A stretch of DNA of 64,000 nt from an uncultured delta proteobacterium (GCA_963769935.1 CAVYNY010000010.1:672001-736000), one strand, 5' to 3'. Shown: positions 24,564 through 34,719, counted from the first letter of the stretch. Made by a program: numbers and translations. Notes: generated from the letters alone by a model not told the origin.

Positions 24564-25904
24564 ATGACCGCAACCATCGAAGATAAAGCCAAGGAACTGT
24601 GTGAAAAACTTTCGTGCCACGAAATCCGGCAGGACGAGGCCGCCTGCCTGAAGCAGGAATGGGATTGCGATCCCCGCTGGAAGGGAATCGAGCGCCCCTA
24701 CACGGCCGAAGATGTCCTGAAACTGCGCGGAACGTTGAAAATAGAATATACTTTCGCGGAGGCCGGCGCCCAGCGCCTGTGGCATCTGCTTAAAACCGAG
24801 GACTACATACCGGCCCTGGGTGCGATGACCGGCAACCAGGCCGTCCAGCAGGTGGAAGCCGGTCTCAAAGCTATTTATTTAAGCGGATGGCAGGTAGCAG
24901 CCGACGCGAATCTGGCCGGCGAGATGTATCCCGATCAGAGTCTTTATCCGGCCAACAGCGTTCCGGAGGTGGTCCGCAGAATCAACAAGGCCCTGCGCCG
25001 CGCGGATCAAATCCAGGTGCTGGACAGCCGGAAACAAGGCCCCTACTGGTTCGCACCGATTGTAGCCGATGCCGAAGCCGGTTTCGGCGGACCGCTGAAT
25101 GCCTTTGAGTTGATGAAACAGATGATAGATGCCGGTGCCGCCGGGGTTCATTTTGAAGATCAGCTGGCGTCGGCCAAAAAATGCGGCCATCTGGGGGGCA
25201 AAGTCCTTGTGCCCACCCGGGAGTTTATTACCAAACTGGTTTCCGCCCGCCTGGCGGCCGATATCTGCGGAGTTCCCACGGTACTGGTTGCGCGCACGGA
25301 CGCCGAGGCGGCCAGACTGATCACCAGTGACATCGACGAACGCGACCAACCGTTTCTGACCGGAGACGAGCGAACTTCCGAAGGATTCTTTTATATTAAA
25401 AATGGTGTCGAGACGGCCATCGCCCGCGGATTGGCTTACGCGCCGTATGCGGATCTGGTGTGGTGCGAATCATCCCGTCCCGATATGGCGCAGGCCAAAA
25501 AATTCGCCGAAGGCATCAAATCTCACTATCCGGATAAAATGCTGGCCTACAACTGCTCGCCGTCCTTTAACTGGAAAGGCAACCTGAGCGACGCCGATAT
25601 TGCAAAGTTTCAAAGAGAACTGGGAGCCATGGGATATAAATTCCAATTTGTCACCCTGGCAGGCTTCCATGCGCTCAATCTTGGCATGTTCGACCTTGCG
25701 CTCAGCTATAGAAAAGAGGGCATGCTGGCTTATTCCAAGTTTCAGCAGGAAGAGTTTGCCTTCGGCAAAGAGGACGGCTACATGGCCATCACCCATCAAA
25801 AGTTCGTCGGAACCGGCTACTTTGACCGCGTAATGAATTGTGTCACCGAAGGCGAAAGCTCGGTGGAGGCGCTGGAAGGCAGCACGGAAAAGGCTCAGTT
25901 CTAG
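24564..25904 (+). CDS. aceA: Isocitrate lyase
   Basis: [39 protein letters not shown] and [11 protein letters not shown]. Confidence 0.97.
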   Translation: MTATIEDKAKELCEKLSCHEIRQDEAACLKQEWDCDPRWKGIERPYTAEDVLKLRGTLKIEYTFAEAGAQRLWHLLKTEDYIPALGAMTGNQAVQQVEAGLKAIYLSGWQVAADANLAGEMYPDQSLYPANSVPEVVRRINKALRRADQIQVLDSRKQGPYWFAPIVADAEAGFGGPLNAFELMKQMIDAGAAGVHFEDQLASAKKCGHLGGKVLVPTREFITKLVSARLAADICGVPTVLVARTDAEAARLITSDIDERDQPFLTGDERTSEGFFYIKNGVETAIARGLAYAPYADLVWCESSRPDMAQAKKFAEGIKSHYPDKMLAYNCSPSFNWKGNLSDADIAKFQRELGAMGYKFQFVTLAGFHALNLGMFDLALSYRKEGMLAYSKFQQEEFAFGKEDGYMAITHQKFVGTGYFDRVMNCVTEGESSVEALEGSTEKAQF

Positions 25905-26078
25905 GAATGACGAACGGCGGACGAATTAAGGCCTTCCAGCATTCATTTATGCGGTTATCAGACTGTCCTGACCATAAATAATCTCAACAATCATAACGAT
26001 CATAACCATCTAAACGCCCATAACCTTCAACACCATCTTAACCCGCTGGTGCCATATGATAGAAAAGGAAAGTAAACC

Positions 26079-27230
26079 ATGAACATCGCCGTGCCGAGAG
26101 AAGTTCATGCGGATGAAAATCGGGTTGCTCTGATCCCCGAACACGTCGCCAAACTGGCAAAGGCCGGTGCGGATGTTTCAGTTGAAGCCGGACTGGGGCA
26201 AACGCTGCGGTGTGCGGACGAAGAATACGTCAAGGCCGGCGCCGGTGTAACTGCAGACCGCGATGCGCTCTTGCGCAATGCCGATATGGTGCTGCGGATT
26301 CGCAAACCTGGTGCGGATGAAGTCGAACTGATGAAACAGGGCTGTGTTTACATCAGCCTGCTGGACCCCTTTAACGAACGTGATCTCATTGAAAGGTTCG
26401 TAGCCCGGGGGATTACTGCCATCAGCATGGAGATGATTCCGCGCATAACCCGCGCGCAGAAAATGGATGTTTTAAGTTCGCAGGCCAATCTGGCCGGCTA
26501 TGCAGCCGTCGTTTTGGCGGCCGAGCGCCTGGATAAAATCTTACCCATGATGATGACCCCGGCCGGTACGATTGCGCCGGCCCGCGTTTTTGTTATCGGC
26601 GTCGGGGTGGCCGGATTGCAGGCGATTGCCACCGCCAAACGCCTGGGTGCCAGAGTTGAAGCTTTTGACACCCGGCCGGTGGTGGAAGAGCAGGTAAAAT
26701 CTTTGGGAGCACGGTTTGTAAAAATCGACCTGGGTGAAACCGGCCAGACCAAAGACGGCTATGCCAAAGCCCTCACCGATGAACAGCTTCAGAAACAGCG
26801 TGCCGGCATGGCCAAGGTCTGTGCCTCCTCGGATATCGTTATCACGACGGCGCAGTTATTTGGCCGCAAGGCTCCGCTGATAGTCACCGGGGATATGGTC
26901 GCCGGCATGCAGAAAGGTTCCGTGATCGTCGATCTGGCCGTGGAAAGCGGCGGCAATGTAGCCGGATCTCAGGTCGGCCGGGAAGTTGAAGTCAGACGGT
27001 GTGCGCATCATCGGTCTGGCGAATCTGCCGGGAAGAGTCGCGGTCAACGCCAGTCAAATGTTTTCTTCGAATATGTACAATCTGGTGCAGGAATTCTGGA
27101 ATCACTGACGCAAAAGCGGTTCGAATTGAAATTCGAAGATGAAATTGCAAAAGGCTGCGTAATTACGCATCAGGGTGAAATTGTCAATGAAATGATTCGA
27201 AATCACTATACTGACAAGCAAGGGACTTAA
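26079..27230 (+). CDS. pntA: NAD(P) transhydrogenase alpha subunit part 1 (domain I), with compensating frameshifts at ~26994-27105
   Basis: ENRVALIP, RAQKMDVLSSQANLAGY, GVGVAGLQAIATA. The expected DGVRIIGLANLPGRVAVNASQMFSSN appears in a shifted frame. Confidence 0.93.
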   Translation: MNIAVPREVHADENRVALIPEHVAKLAKAGADVSVEAGLGQTLRCADEEYVKAGAGVTADRDALLRNADMVLRIRKPGADEVELMKQGCVYISLLDPFNERDLIERFVARGITAISMEMIPRITRAQKMDVLSSQANLAGYAAVVLAAERLDKILPMMMTPAGTIAPARVFVIGVGVAGLQAIATAKRLGARVEAFDTRPVVEEQVKSLGARFVKIDLGETGQTKDGYAKALTDEQLQKQRAGMAKVCASSDIVITTAQLFGRKAPLIVTGDMVAGMQKGSVIVDLAVESGGNVAGSQVGREVEVRRCAHHRSGESAGKSRGQRQSNVFFEYVQSGAGILESLTQKRFELKFEDEIAKGCVITHQGEIVNEMIRNHYTDKQGT

Positions 27231-27272
27231 AACTTTGAAGCGGCGTGCTATAAAAAAAGTAACCAACACGTT

Positions 27273-27405
27273 AAATGCCTAAAGTGCACTAAATTGCCTA
27301 AAATGCCTAAAATTAAACTGTCGTTTCACTCCATGGTGGAATAATTAAAACTGATCCGCCGCAGGCGAACCATCATTTTAGGCACTTTAGACATTTTAGG
27401 CATTT
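27273..27405. repeat. Inverted tandem AAATGCCTA / TAGGCATTT arrays inside the pnt operon
   Basis: 27273-27313 and 27375-27405 are reverse-complement arrays of a 9-10 bp unit. Confidence 0.75.
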
Positions 27406-27428
27406 CATAAAATAAAGGAGCAAAAGAT

Positions 27429-27719
27429 ATGTCAATCGGACTACTATTTTTCGTTTTTGTTCTGGCCATCTTTCTGGGGGTCGAGCTCATCAGCAAAGTG
27501 CCGTCCCAGTTGCACACGCCCTTGATGTCGGGCACCAATGCCATATCCGGTATTACCATTGTGGGTGCGCTGACCGCCACCGGCAGCAGCACTGACCTGC
27601 TGGGCACCATCCTGGGAACCATCGCTGTGATTTTCGCCACCATCAACGTGGTCGGCGGATATATGGTCACCAATCGCATGCTGGCAATGTTCAAGCGCAA
27701 AGACGGAGAAAGCAAATGA
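27429..27719 (+). CDS. pntA: NAD(P) transhydrogenase alpha subunit part 2
   Basis: KVPSQLHTPLMSGTNAISG...NVVGGYMVTNRMLAMF. Confidence 0.95.
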   Translation: MSIGLLFFVFVLAIFLGVELISKVPSQLHTPLMSGTNAISGITIVGALTATGSSTDLLGTILGTIAVIFATINVVGGYMVTNRMLAMFKRKDGESK

Positions 27720-29104
27720 CGGATTACACCCCAGGCCTGGTAGACTTTGGCTACATTGTGGCGTCGATTCTCTTTATCCTCGGTATTAAGATGCTCGGCA
27801 AGCCGCAACGCGCCCGCATGGGAAACATGGTTTCAGCGCTGGGCATGCTGATTGCGGTGGTGGCCGTAATGTTTGAATGTTGCCTTTCTTTTGAATGGGT
27901 CGTTGTCGGCCTGATAATCGGCTCCCTGATCGGGGTGATAGCCGCCCGCAAGGTCCAAATGACGGGCATGCCCCAGATGGTAGCTGTCTTAAACGGCTTC
28001 GGCGGGATCGCGAGCTTGCTGGTCGGCTGGCAGAACTATCACAGTCAACCGGACAGCACCCTGTTTGTCAAGGTCGCGGTAATGCTTGCGGTGTTGATCG
28101 GCGGGGTCGCTTTTTCCGGCAGCATGGTGGCTTATGCCAAACTGGCGGGCCGAATCTCCGGTCGGCCTGTCCTGTTCAAAGGACTGCAATGGATCAACGC
28201 CGCGATTATCGTCATAATAATAGTCTGCGGTGTCTTCCTGGGCTATCATCCGACCGGGGTTAACTCTTACGTGGCGTTTGTCGTGATCATGGTCCTGTCG
28301 CTGACCCTGGGCGTATTCGGCGTTATTCCGATCGGCGGCGCAGACATGCCGGTGGTGATCGCCCTTTTAAACAGTTATTCCGGTATGGCGGCCTGTGCCG
28401 CTGGATTTATCATCTTAAACAACGTGCTGATCGTCGCCGGCTCCCTGGTGGGCGCCAGCGGCGTGATACTGACCGGCATTATGTGCAAGGCCATGAATCG
28501 TTCCCTGACCAACGTCCTGTTCGGCGGTCTGCATTCCGGCGGCGCCAAAGCAGGCCAGACCCAGGTCCAGGGTGAACCCAAACCCATCACCCCCGAAGAT
28601 GCCTATTACATTCTGGAGGCAGCCCGATCGGTGGTGATTGTGCCCGGATACGGCATGGCCGTAGCCCAGGCTCAGCACGCAGTACGTGAACTGGGAGAAA
28701 TCCTCGAAAAAAACGGAGCGGAGGTGCGCTATGCGATCCACCCCGTTGCCGGCCGCATGCCCGGCCACATGAACGTACTGCTGGCGGAAGCCAACGTACT
28801 CTATGAGCAGCTGGCTGAAATGGACGACGTCAATCCCATCATGGAAACGGTTGATGTCTGCATGGTCATCGGCGCCAACGATGTGGTCAATCCGGCTGCC
28901 CGCGAGATCGAGTCCAGCCCGATTTACGGCATGCCGATCATCAACGCGGACAAGGCCAAAACCGTCATGGTGCTCAAACGATCCATGGCGGCGGGTTTTG
29001 CCGGCGTTGACAACCCGCTCTTTGTCAAGGAAAATACGCGCATGCTGTTCGGCGATGCCAAAGCTACCGTGCAGCAGCTGGTATCCGAATTTAAGGAAAC
29101 CTAG
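27716..29104 (+). CDS. pntB: NAD(P) transhydrogenase beta subunit
   Basis: IGGADMPVVIALLNSYSG, PGYGMAVAQAQH, HPVAGRMPGHMNVLLAEA and GANDVVNP. Confidence 0.97.
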   Translation: MTDYTPGLVDFGYIVASILFILGIKMLGKPQRARMGNMVSALGMLIAVVAVMFECCLSFEWVVVGLIIGSLIGVIAARKVQMTGMPQMVAVLNGFGGIASLLVGWQNYHSQPDSTLFVKVAVMLAVLIGGVAFSGSMVAYAKLAGRISGRPVLFKGLQWINAAIIVIIIVCGVFLGYHPTGVNSYVAFVVIMVLSLTLGVFGVIPIGGADMPVVIALLNSYSGMAACAAGFIILNNVLIVAGSLVGASGVILTGIMCKAMNRSLTNVLFGGLHSGGAKAGQTQVQGEPKPITPEDAYYILEAARSVVIVPGYGMAVAQAQHAVRELGEILEKNGAEVRYAIHPVAGRMPGHMNVLLAEANVLYEQLAEMDDVNPIMETVDVCMVIGANDVVNPAAREIESSPIYGMPIINADKAKTVMVLKRSMAAGFAGVDNPLFVKENTRMLFGDAKATVQQLVSEFKET

Positions 29105-29109
29105 TTTAA

Positions 29110-29520
29110 GCTGATAGCTCATAGCTTATAGCTCATAGTCGATAGTTGATAGCCGATAGCCGATAGCGAAAAGTAGAAGATATAAGGTTTCGCGAACTCG
29201 GAATTCGGTATCTATCGATTGCGGATTGGACGAAGCAGAGCGCATAGGGCAAAGCACAGAGCATAAAGATAGATGTTGATTAAGTTGATTGGGTCTATTG
29301 AGTTGATCAGGTTGACCGGGGTGAATAAGTTAACGGGATTAAATGGATATAACCCATTAAACTTAGTCATCCAATCAACCTAAACAGATAATCGACCAAG
29401 TAGAAGATCTCAACGATCCTAACGATCCAAACCAACACAACGATTAAAACGATCTCAACGATCCAGACGATCTAAACCATCTGACATCTAAACCACCAAA
29501 ACGATCTCAACAAACCAACC
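29110..29520. repeat. Mosaic of short tandem repeats (7-bp GATAGC-type, GTTGATT-type and 9-bp AACGATC-type)
   Basis: GCTGATAGCTCATAGCTTATAG... at 29110-29167 and AACGATCCTAACGATCC... at ~29405-29520. Confidence 0.7.
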
Positions 29521-29525
29521 CGGCT

Positions 29526-30287
29526 ATGCAAGAAAAAATTGCACAAATAGCGGCCAAAATTAAGGAAGGCGGCAAGAATGTTGTTTTCACCGGTGCCGGG
29601 ATATCGACCGAAAGCGGCATTCCGGATTTCCGCAGCCAGGGCGGGATCTGGGACAAATTCCGCCCGGTCTATTTTGAGGAATTCATGTCTTCGCGGGATG
29701 CCCGCCGGGAGTACTGGCGGCGCTGGGTGGCGCTTTACCAGGGTATCGTCCGGGCCAAACCGAACCCGGCCCACCGGGCACTGGCCGAATTGCACAACAT
29801 GGGCCTGCTGCAGGCGGTCGTCACTCAGAACGTCGACGGTCTGCATCAGCAATCGGGACTGCCTGACGAAAAAATTATCGAACTGCACGGCAACACCCGT
29901 CGCATTCGCTGCATGACCTGCCGGGAGATTTTCCCCGTCGCTGATATCCGGCAGCGATTAGAGGCGGGGGATACGGCACCGGAGTGTGATTGCGGCGGTT
30001 TTTTAAAGCCGGACACCATCTCCTTCGGCCAGGCTATGCCCGCCGCGGAAGTTGAAAAAGCTGCCGTCCTTTCCCGGGAAAGCGACTTTTTCATGGTGGT
30101 GGGCTCAACCCTGGTGGTCCAGCCGGCTGCCCACATGCCTTTTTTTGCCAAAAATAACGGCGCCTTTCTGGCCATCATCAATCTGTCGGAAACCCCGTGC
30201 GATGAAATGTGCGATGTGCTTATCCGGGAAAAAGCCGGGCAGGTGCTGCAGGAAATAATCGCCGCAGTGGCAGGCGCGGTTGATTGA
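29526..30287 (+). CDS. cobB: NAD-dependent protein deacylase (Sir2 family)
   Basis: TGAGISTESGIPDFR, TQNVDGLHQ, ELHG, CxxC...CxCGG zinc motif. Confidence 0.93.
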   Translation: MQEKIAQIAAKIKEGGKNVVFTGAGISTESGIPDFRSQGGIWDKFRPVYFEEFMSSRDARREYWRRWVALYQGIVRAKPNPAHRALAELHNMGLLQAVVTQNVDGLHQQSGLPDEKIIELHGNTRRIRCMTCREIFPVADIRQRLEAGDTAPECDCGGFLKPDTISFGQAMPAAEVEKAAVLSRESDFFMVVGSTLVVQPAAHMPFFAKNNGAFLAIINLSETPCDEMCDVLIREKAGQVLQEIIAAVAGAVD

Positions 30288-30389
30288 GTTGATTGCGTTT
30301 GTTGCGTTTGTTGGGTTGATGGAGTATATTGAGTTCATTAGGTTGCTTGGGCCCTCATCGGGTTTATTCCGACAACAATTTTATGATTC

Positions 30390-30617
30390 TCAAATGTACG
30401 TCCTGATCCACCTCCTGAAAAACAGGACGATCTGGATTAGCGAAGAGACCATGAAAAAGATGTCTTTTGCTGTCTGCAAACTGGTGATATCGGTTTTTCT
30501 CTCATCGGTGGCAACGGCATAACCGCCGCCGGCTGCCCCCCCCTCGATCAATGCTGCTGTGCATCCGGTAGCTAAAAGCATTACAAAAACCATTAATAAC
30601 CCGAAATTCTTTTTCAT
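30390..30617 (-). CDS. Small lipoprotein-like ORF, possibly a truncated BON/OsmY-type lipoprotein N-terminus
   Basis: MKKNFGLLMVFVMLLATGC lipobox followed by GGAAGGGYAVATDERK. No BON domain follows. Confidence 0.4.
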   Translation of the reverse strand: MKKNFGLLMVFVMLLATGCTAALIEGGAAGGGYAVATDERKTDITSLQTAKDIFFMVSSLIQIVLFFRRWIRTYI

Positions 30618-30925
30618 GGTTCCCAATGCCTTTCTTAAAAGTTAGTTGTTTAATCTTAAATTTGAATGCTTATTATTTATTCCGACATTGAATACCTGGT
30701 CCTGTGGACCAGGTAAGAGGAGATTGGCTTTGCCGTGAATCCAGGCCGTGGAATGATGGAATATTGGAATGTTGGCCCGCCCTGGCGCGACTCTTTTCTA
30801 AGTTGTTGGATCTAGTGCAATGATTAAATATTTTAGCCGGGCAGACTTTCTATGAAATCGGTCTGGGCCAGGGAATACTGGGTTGGGCGGAATGAGATCT
30901 GTTTTTATATGGAAGGATAGCCGTT

Positions 30926-31591
30926 ATGAAGCTGACCGACAATCTGCATGCCTTTATCTGGCAATCCATGACAACCAACAACTGCAATGCCTATCTTATT
31001 GACGGTCCCCAACGGATACTGATCGATCCCGGTCATCGGGCCCTGTTTGAGCATGTTCAAATAGGTCTCAAACAGCTTCAATTGACGATCGACGACATTG
31101 ATCTGATCATTTGCACGCACGCCCACCCGGATCACATAGAAGCGGTCCCGTTGTTTAGGTACAAACCTGCCTTATTCACCTTACACGAAGAGGAATGGCA
31201 CTGGGTGGCCACCATCGGGAAGCAGATGAGCGCTGCCTTTGGCATCGATATCGATGATTTTCGCCCTGATTTCTTTTTGAAGGAAGGGACCCTCTCGCTG
31301 GACGGGCTCGAGCTGGATATCATCCACACGCCCGGTCATTCGCCCGGCTCAGTAACTCTGTACTGGCCTCTGCAAAAAGTGCTGTTCACCGGCGATCTCG
31401 TGTTCAAGGAAGGAGTCGGACGCACGGATCTTCCCGGCGGTGACGGAGCCAAGCTCAAGGAAAGCATCAAAAGGCTGATGAATCTGGATGTGGAGTGGCT
31501 GCTGCCGGGGCACGGCGATATTATTTCCGGCGCCGAAAACGTAAAAAAGAATTTCGAAGGAATCGAGTCTTTTTATTTTACGTACGTATAG
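30926..31591 (+). CDS. MBL-fold metallo-hydrolase (glyoxalase II-like)
   Basis: THAHPDH, HTPGHSPG, FTGD...GRTDLPGG, LLPGHG. Confidence 0.92.
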   Translation: MKLTDNLHAFIWQSMTTNNCNAYLIDGPQRILIDPGHRALFEHVQIGLKQLQLTIDDIDLIICTHAHPDHIEAVPLFRYKPALFTLHEEEWHWVATIGKQMSAAFGIDIDDFRPDFFLKEGTLSLDGLELDIIHTPGHSPGSVTLYWPLQKVLFTGDLVFKEGVGRTDLPGGDGAKLKESIKRLMNLDVEWLLPGHGDIISGAENVKKNFEGIESFYFTYV

Positions 31592-31786
31592 GGCTGAGGG
31601 CATAGAGGACGGATAACCGAAGACAGAAGCTGGCAAGACTGGGAATATTGAAAGGCCGGTTCGGACTTCGACTTGGATTTAAATTGCTTAGAAGCAGCTT
31701 TAAAACCTCATTTCATACCGGATACGATATTAAGCTGGTAATCATCAAGTTGCTTTAAGACATGACATCAACTGAAATCTGCTATT

Positions 31787-32539
31787 ATGCTATCCACCAA
31801 GCTAAGAAAAGAGACAAAGGAATTTTTAATCGAAAATTTAGAGTCGGCATTATCTGATTTATTACCGAATAGAAAACGCGTCGATGTTGAAATTATCGAA
31901 CATCTCCTGGCGACTGTGGAATCAGCGAAACTCTTACAAGAGTCAATGCCGGTGGCTCAAAACTTAAAGTCGCGATTCAATTTGTTGGATTATTCCATTA
32001 AGAATGTGAGCGTTGACGGTCTGTGGATGGAATTTGGTGTCTACAAAGGAAAAAGCATACGAAAAATTGCTGAGCAATCCAAGGCTGAAATTTTTGGATT
32101 TGATTCCTTCGAGGGTTTGCCCCAAGACTGGATACTTTCTTACAAGAAGGGAGACTTTTCACTGAAAGGCAGTATTCCCGAAGATTTACCATTAAACGTT
32201 AAATTGGTGAAAGGATTATTCTCTGAATCGATACCAGCCTTTTTGGAAGAGCATGATGAGCCCGTTGCTTTTTTACATATTGATTGCGATTTGTATATGT
32301 CAACAAATACTGTCCTCAGTCATCTTCATAGCAGGGTAAAATCTGGAACCATAATTTTATTTGATGAATTTTTTAATTTTCCACAATGGCAGCAGCATGA
32401 ATACAGGGCTTTTATGGAATTCATAGACGAAACGAAATTTTCATACGAATTTATCGGATATGCATCCGCCTATAATTCAGTGGCGGTCCGCATTACCGGT
32501 TTATCCTCCGACAATTCAGAACCGGAAATTGGACCATGA
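31787..32539 (+). CDS. Class I SAM-dependent methyltransferase (TylF/MycF-like)
   Basis: EFGVYKGKS, GFDSFEGLP, HIDCDLY, ILFDE. AT-rich coding sequence. Confidence 0.85.
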   Translation: MLSTKLRKETKEFLIENLESALSDLLPNRKRVDVEIIEHLLATVESAKLLQESMPVAQNLKSRFNLLDYSIKNVSVDGLWMEFGVYKGKSIRKIAEQSKAEIFGFDSFEGLPQDWILSYKKGDFSLKGSIPEDLPLNVKLVKGLFSESIPAFLEEHDEPVAFLHIDCDLYMSTNTVLSHLHSRVKSGTIILFDEFFNFPQWQQHEYRAFMEFIDETKFSYEFIGYASAYNSVAVRITGLSSDNSEPEIGP

Positions 32540-32619
32540 TAATTGTGACATCAGCCATTTTAGGGTTGACACCTTTATCAAAAATAATTATTTTTCATCA
32601 ACTTTAAAAAAATACAATT

Positions 32620-32705
32620 CATCCCACGATAAAGCCAAACCCATCGCAAGATGGGGACGGAAAGCCACGGATCTCAATGAGATGGCCGGGTTGCCTGGGC
32701 GATAT
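32620..32705 (+). ncRNA. Cyclic di-GMP-I (GEMM) riboswitch
   Basis: AAAGCCAAACCCATC-GCAA-GATGGGGACGGAAAGCCACGGATCTC...GAGATGGCCGGGTTGCC matches the GEMM P2/P3 architecture, including a GNRA loop. Confidence 0.9.
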
Positions 32706-32715
32706 TTCAGAAACC

Positions 32716-32748
32716 GGGCCGCCTGTTATGTAGGGCGGCCTTTTTTTT
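32716..32748 (+). terminator. Terminator (expression platform) after the GEMM riboswitch
   Basis: GGCCGCC...GGCGGCC stem followed by T8. Confidence 0.8.
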
Positions 32749-32788
32749 GAGGGGTGATAGTTACTGAGACTGAACAGATGGAGGGAGT

Positions 32789-33286
32789 ATGGTTGGATTT
32801 TATCCTGCGGTTAATGGCTTTGCCCCAACGTTCAAAGCAATAATAAGCGGTCGCCCGGTGTTTGGGGATCGAAAAAGAGATCATAATTATGAACAGAAAC
32901 TTCGTCCAAAGCAATTCCGCCCGGCCAATCAGAAAGGCTTTACCTTAATTGAACTAATATCTGTTTTAATCGCTATGAGTGTCATAATATCAGTAGGTTT
33001 AAAGAAGTGGGAAATTTTTTCTGATTCAGCCTCAGTGACGGCATTAAAAGTAGGAGTTAGAGAACTCAACACCAGAGAGGTCTTGGAATGGTCCCAGTTT
33101 AAAATATCAGATACCGGTTACACAAACGACCTCGAGGTGTATAATACCGTCGATAAAGACCTGGGACCCGGATATCACTGGCAACCACCCCCCACCATCA
33201 GCGATGGTACATTGCATTACGATTTTAAATCGGTAGATCTAGACAGAACTGCATCCACTACGAAGTCGTTTGGATACTGGAATTAG
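32789..33286 (+). CDS. Type IV pilin-like (prepilin N-terminal cleavage/methylation) protein
   Basis: KG|FTLIELISVLIAMSVII class III signal. RBS GGAGGGAG before 32789, which gives an unusually long leader; the start is uncertain. Confidence 0.75.
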   Translation: MVGFYPAVNGFAPTFKAIISGRPVFGDRKRDHNYEQKLRPKQFRPANQKGFTLIELISVLIAMSVIISVGLKKWEIFSDSASVTALKVGVRELNTREVLEWSQFKISDTGYTNDLEVYNTVDKDLGPGYHWQPPPTISDGTLHYDFKSVDLDRTASTTKSFGYWN

Positions 33287-33301
33287 ATGAACAATTTCAA
33301 C

Positions 33302-33835
33302 TCAATGAACTCTCAGGCGGTCCTTCTCATGCTTCAACAAGCCTTCAAATCGATGGCGCAGACCCGCTTCTTCGCGGTGCCATTGCGCATCCGCTTCCAG
33401 ATTGGGCACAACGGCAGTTCCTGAAACGGCATAGGTCCGTGCAAGGTCTTCTTTGAGTTGCGCCTTTCTCCCGCCGGCCGCCTTCAGATAGGCACTGCGG
33501 CAGTCATCTATAATGGTTCGGATGGCTGCCGGGTTGACACGGCAGCATTCCCCGAGTAGCTCCAGCAGGTGCTGATTGTCCCGGTTGGGATCGAGGCGGC
33601 TGAAAATTTCATTGATCATGGGTACGTCATCCGACAGGTCGGAATCCTTTTTAAGACTTTTGTAATCAGTTTTCAGCTGGTCCTTGGCCAGCAATCCGTC
33701 CTGGAATTTCTGCAGCAGACCTTTGATGCGGCTTTCAGTTTCTTTTTGCTTCTGCGCCTGTTTCTCCTCAACGCTGAATGTCAGGTTTTTGGTTTTTTCC
33801 ATCACAAGATCTAAAGTGCTTTTGATTTCGCCCAT
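33302..33835 (-). CDS. Conserved hypothetical protein (MGEIKSTLDLVMEKT N-terminus)
   Basis: 177-aa helical ORF with RBS GGAGGG. The N-terminus is familiar from Desulfobacterota hypothetical proteins. Confidence 0.75.
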   Translation of the reverse strand: MGEIKSTLDLVMEKTKNLTFSVEEKQAQKQKETESRIKGLLQKFQDGLLAKDQLKTDYKSLKKDSDLSDDVPMINEIFSRLDPNRDNQHLLELLGECCRVNPAAIRTIIDDCRSAYLKAAGGRKAQLKEDLARTYAVSGTAVVPNLEADAQWHREEAGLRHRFEGLLKHEKDRLRVH

Positions 33836-33864
33836 ACTGTTATGTCCCTCCGCTATTTAAACAA

Positions 33865-33961
33865 TAATTAATCCGCCGGACCTTCGATCTAACGACTTCC
33901 TTCAATTTTGCAAGAACTGTTTGCAATCCTGAATATGCTATTTTTCAGGGCGAATTAATTA
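33865..33961. mobile_element. 97-bp MITE-like element, copy 1
   Basis: Terminal inverted repeats TAATTAATCCGCC...GGCGAATTAATTA. Same length as, and similar to, 34623-34719. Confidence 0.7.
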
Positions 33962-34386
33962 GGTTCGATCAGCCGATCGAGGATCAGTCCGTGAAAAATA
34001 TGGCCTCCCCTTGAGCTGAAAATCCATCCCAGATGCGTCAAGCACATCGCACAATAGCAAACCCGCCAGCTGCAGCCCGCAAACCAGGTGAATTCGTCTG
34101 TGGCGGCTCCGGCATAACCACACCCTTTAACATTTTTAAAACAACCGATCTCAAAGACTATCCCGTGGGGGTTGGCAAAGGTGTGCCGGTGCGATCCCTG
34201 CATGGTGATGCGGTCGACCGGCCGGGTGAGCGCCTGGCGGCACTGGCGGCAAAGTATGTATTCCTCCTCCTCCGGCAATTGATCTTCAGCCGGTTCTTCA
34301 ACAATGACGGCTTCGCCTTCTGTATCATCCGGCTTATCCGACGGGATGCGCAAACAATATATATCACCGGTGCCGATTTGAAACAT
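33955..34386 (-). CDS. Cereblon family (CULT/thalidomide-binding domain) protein
   Basis: LCRQC...HTFANPHG...FTWFAGCSWRVCYCAMCLTHLGW, with Zn ligands and the tri-Trp pocket. Confidence 0.9.
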   Translation of the reverse strand: MFQIGTGDIYCLRIPSDKPDDTEGEAVIVEEPAEDQLPEEEEYILCRQCRQALTRPVDRITMQGSHRHTFANPHGIVFEIGCFKNVKGCGYAGAATDEFTWFAGCSWRVCYCAMCLTHLGWIFSSRGGHIFHGLILDRLIEPN

Positions 34387-34622
34387 AATTAGAGCCTTTG
34401 CGGGGTTTATCCGGAATTAGTACCAACAACCGGAATTTGTACCAACAAAATGATAAACATCCCCGCCCGACATACAAGGCAAAAGCGGGCAAGTCTACTT
34501 TTTAAACAGGGATTTTAAGACATTGACCTCTTTGCCTTCTTTGATAAGGATGAGCAATCACTGACGGGTGAATCTGGCCGGAAAATCCTCCACCATCGCA
34601 AAGCGGCCAAGATGCCATGGTT

Positions 34623-34719
34623 TAATTAATCCGCCGGACCTTCGGCCCAACGACTTTCTTCAACTATCAAAGAACCACTCACTAACTTGAACAGGCCATT
34701 TTTCAGGGCGGATTAATTA
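34623..34719. mobile_element. 97-bp MITE-like element, copy 2
   Basis: TAATTAATCCGCCGGACCTTCG...TTTTTCAGGGCGGATTAATTA. Confidence 0.7.

Noticed and set aside
28415..29122. 235-aa minus-strand ORF
   Set aside because: Antisense shadow of pntB.
29110..29520. Possible CRISPR array
   Set aside because: The units are 7-10 bp and degenerate, with no constant repeat and unique spacers, and there are no cas genes.
29526..30287. Sir2 as an anti-phage defence gene
   Set aside because: It is a standard CobB-type sirtuin with a zinc motif in a metabolic context, with no defence partners.
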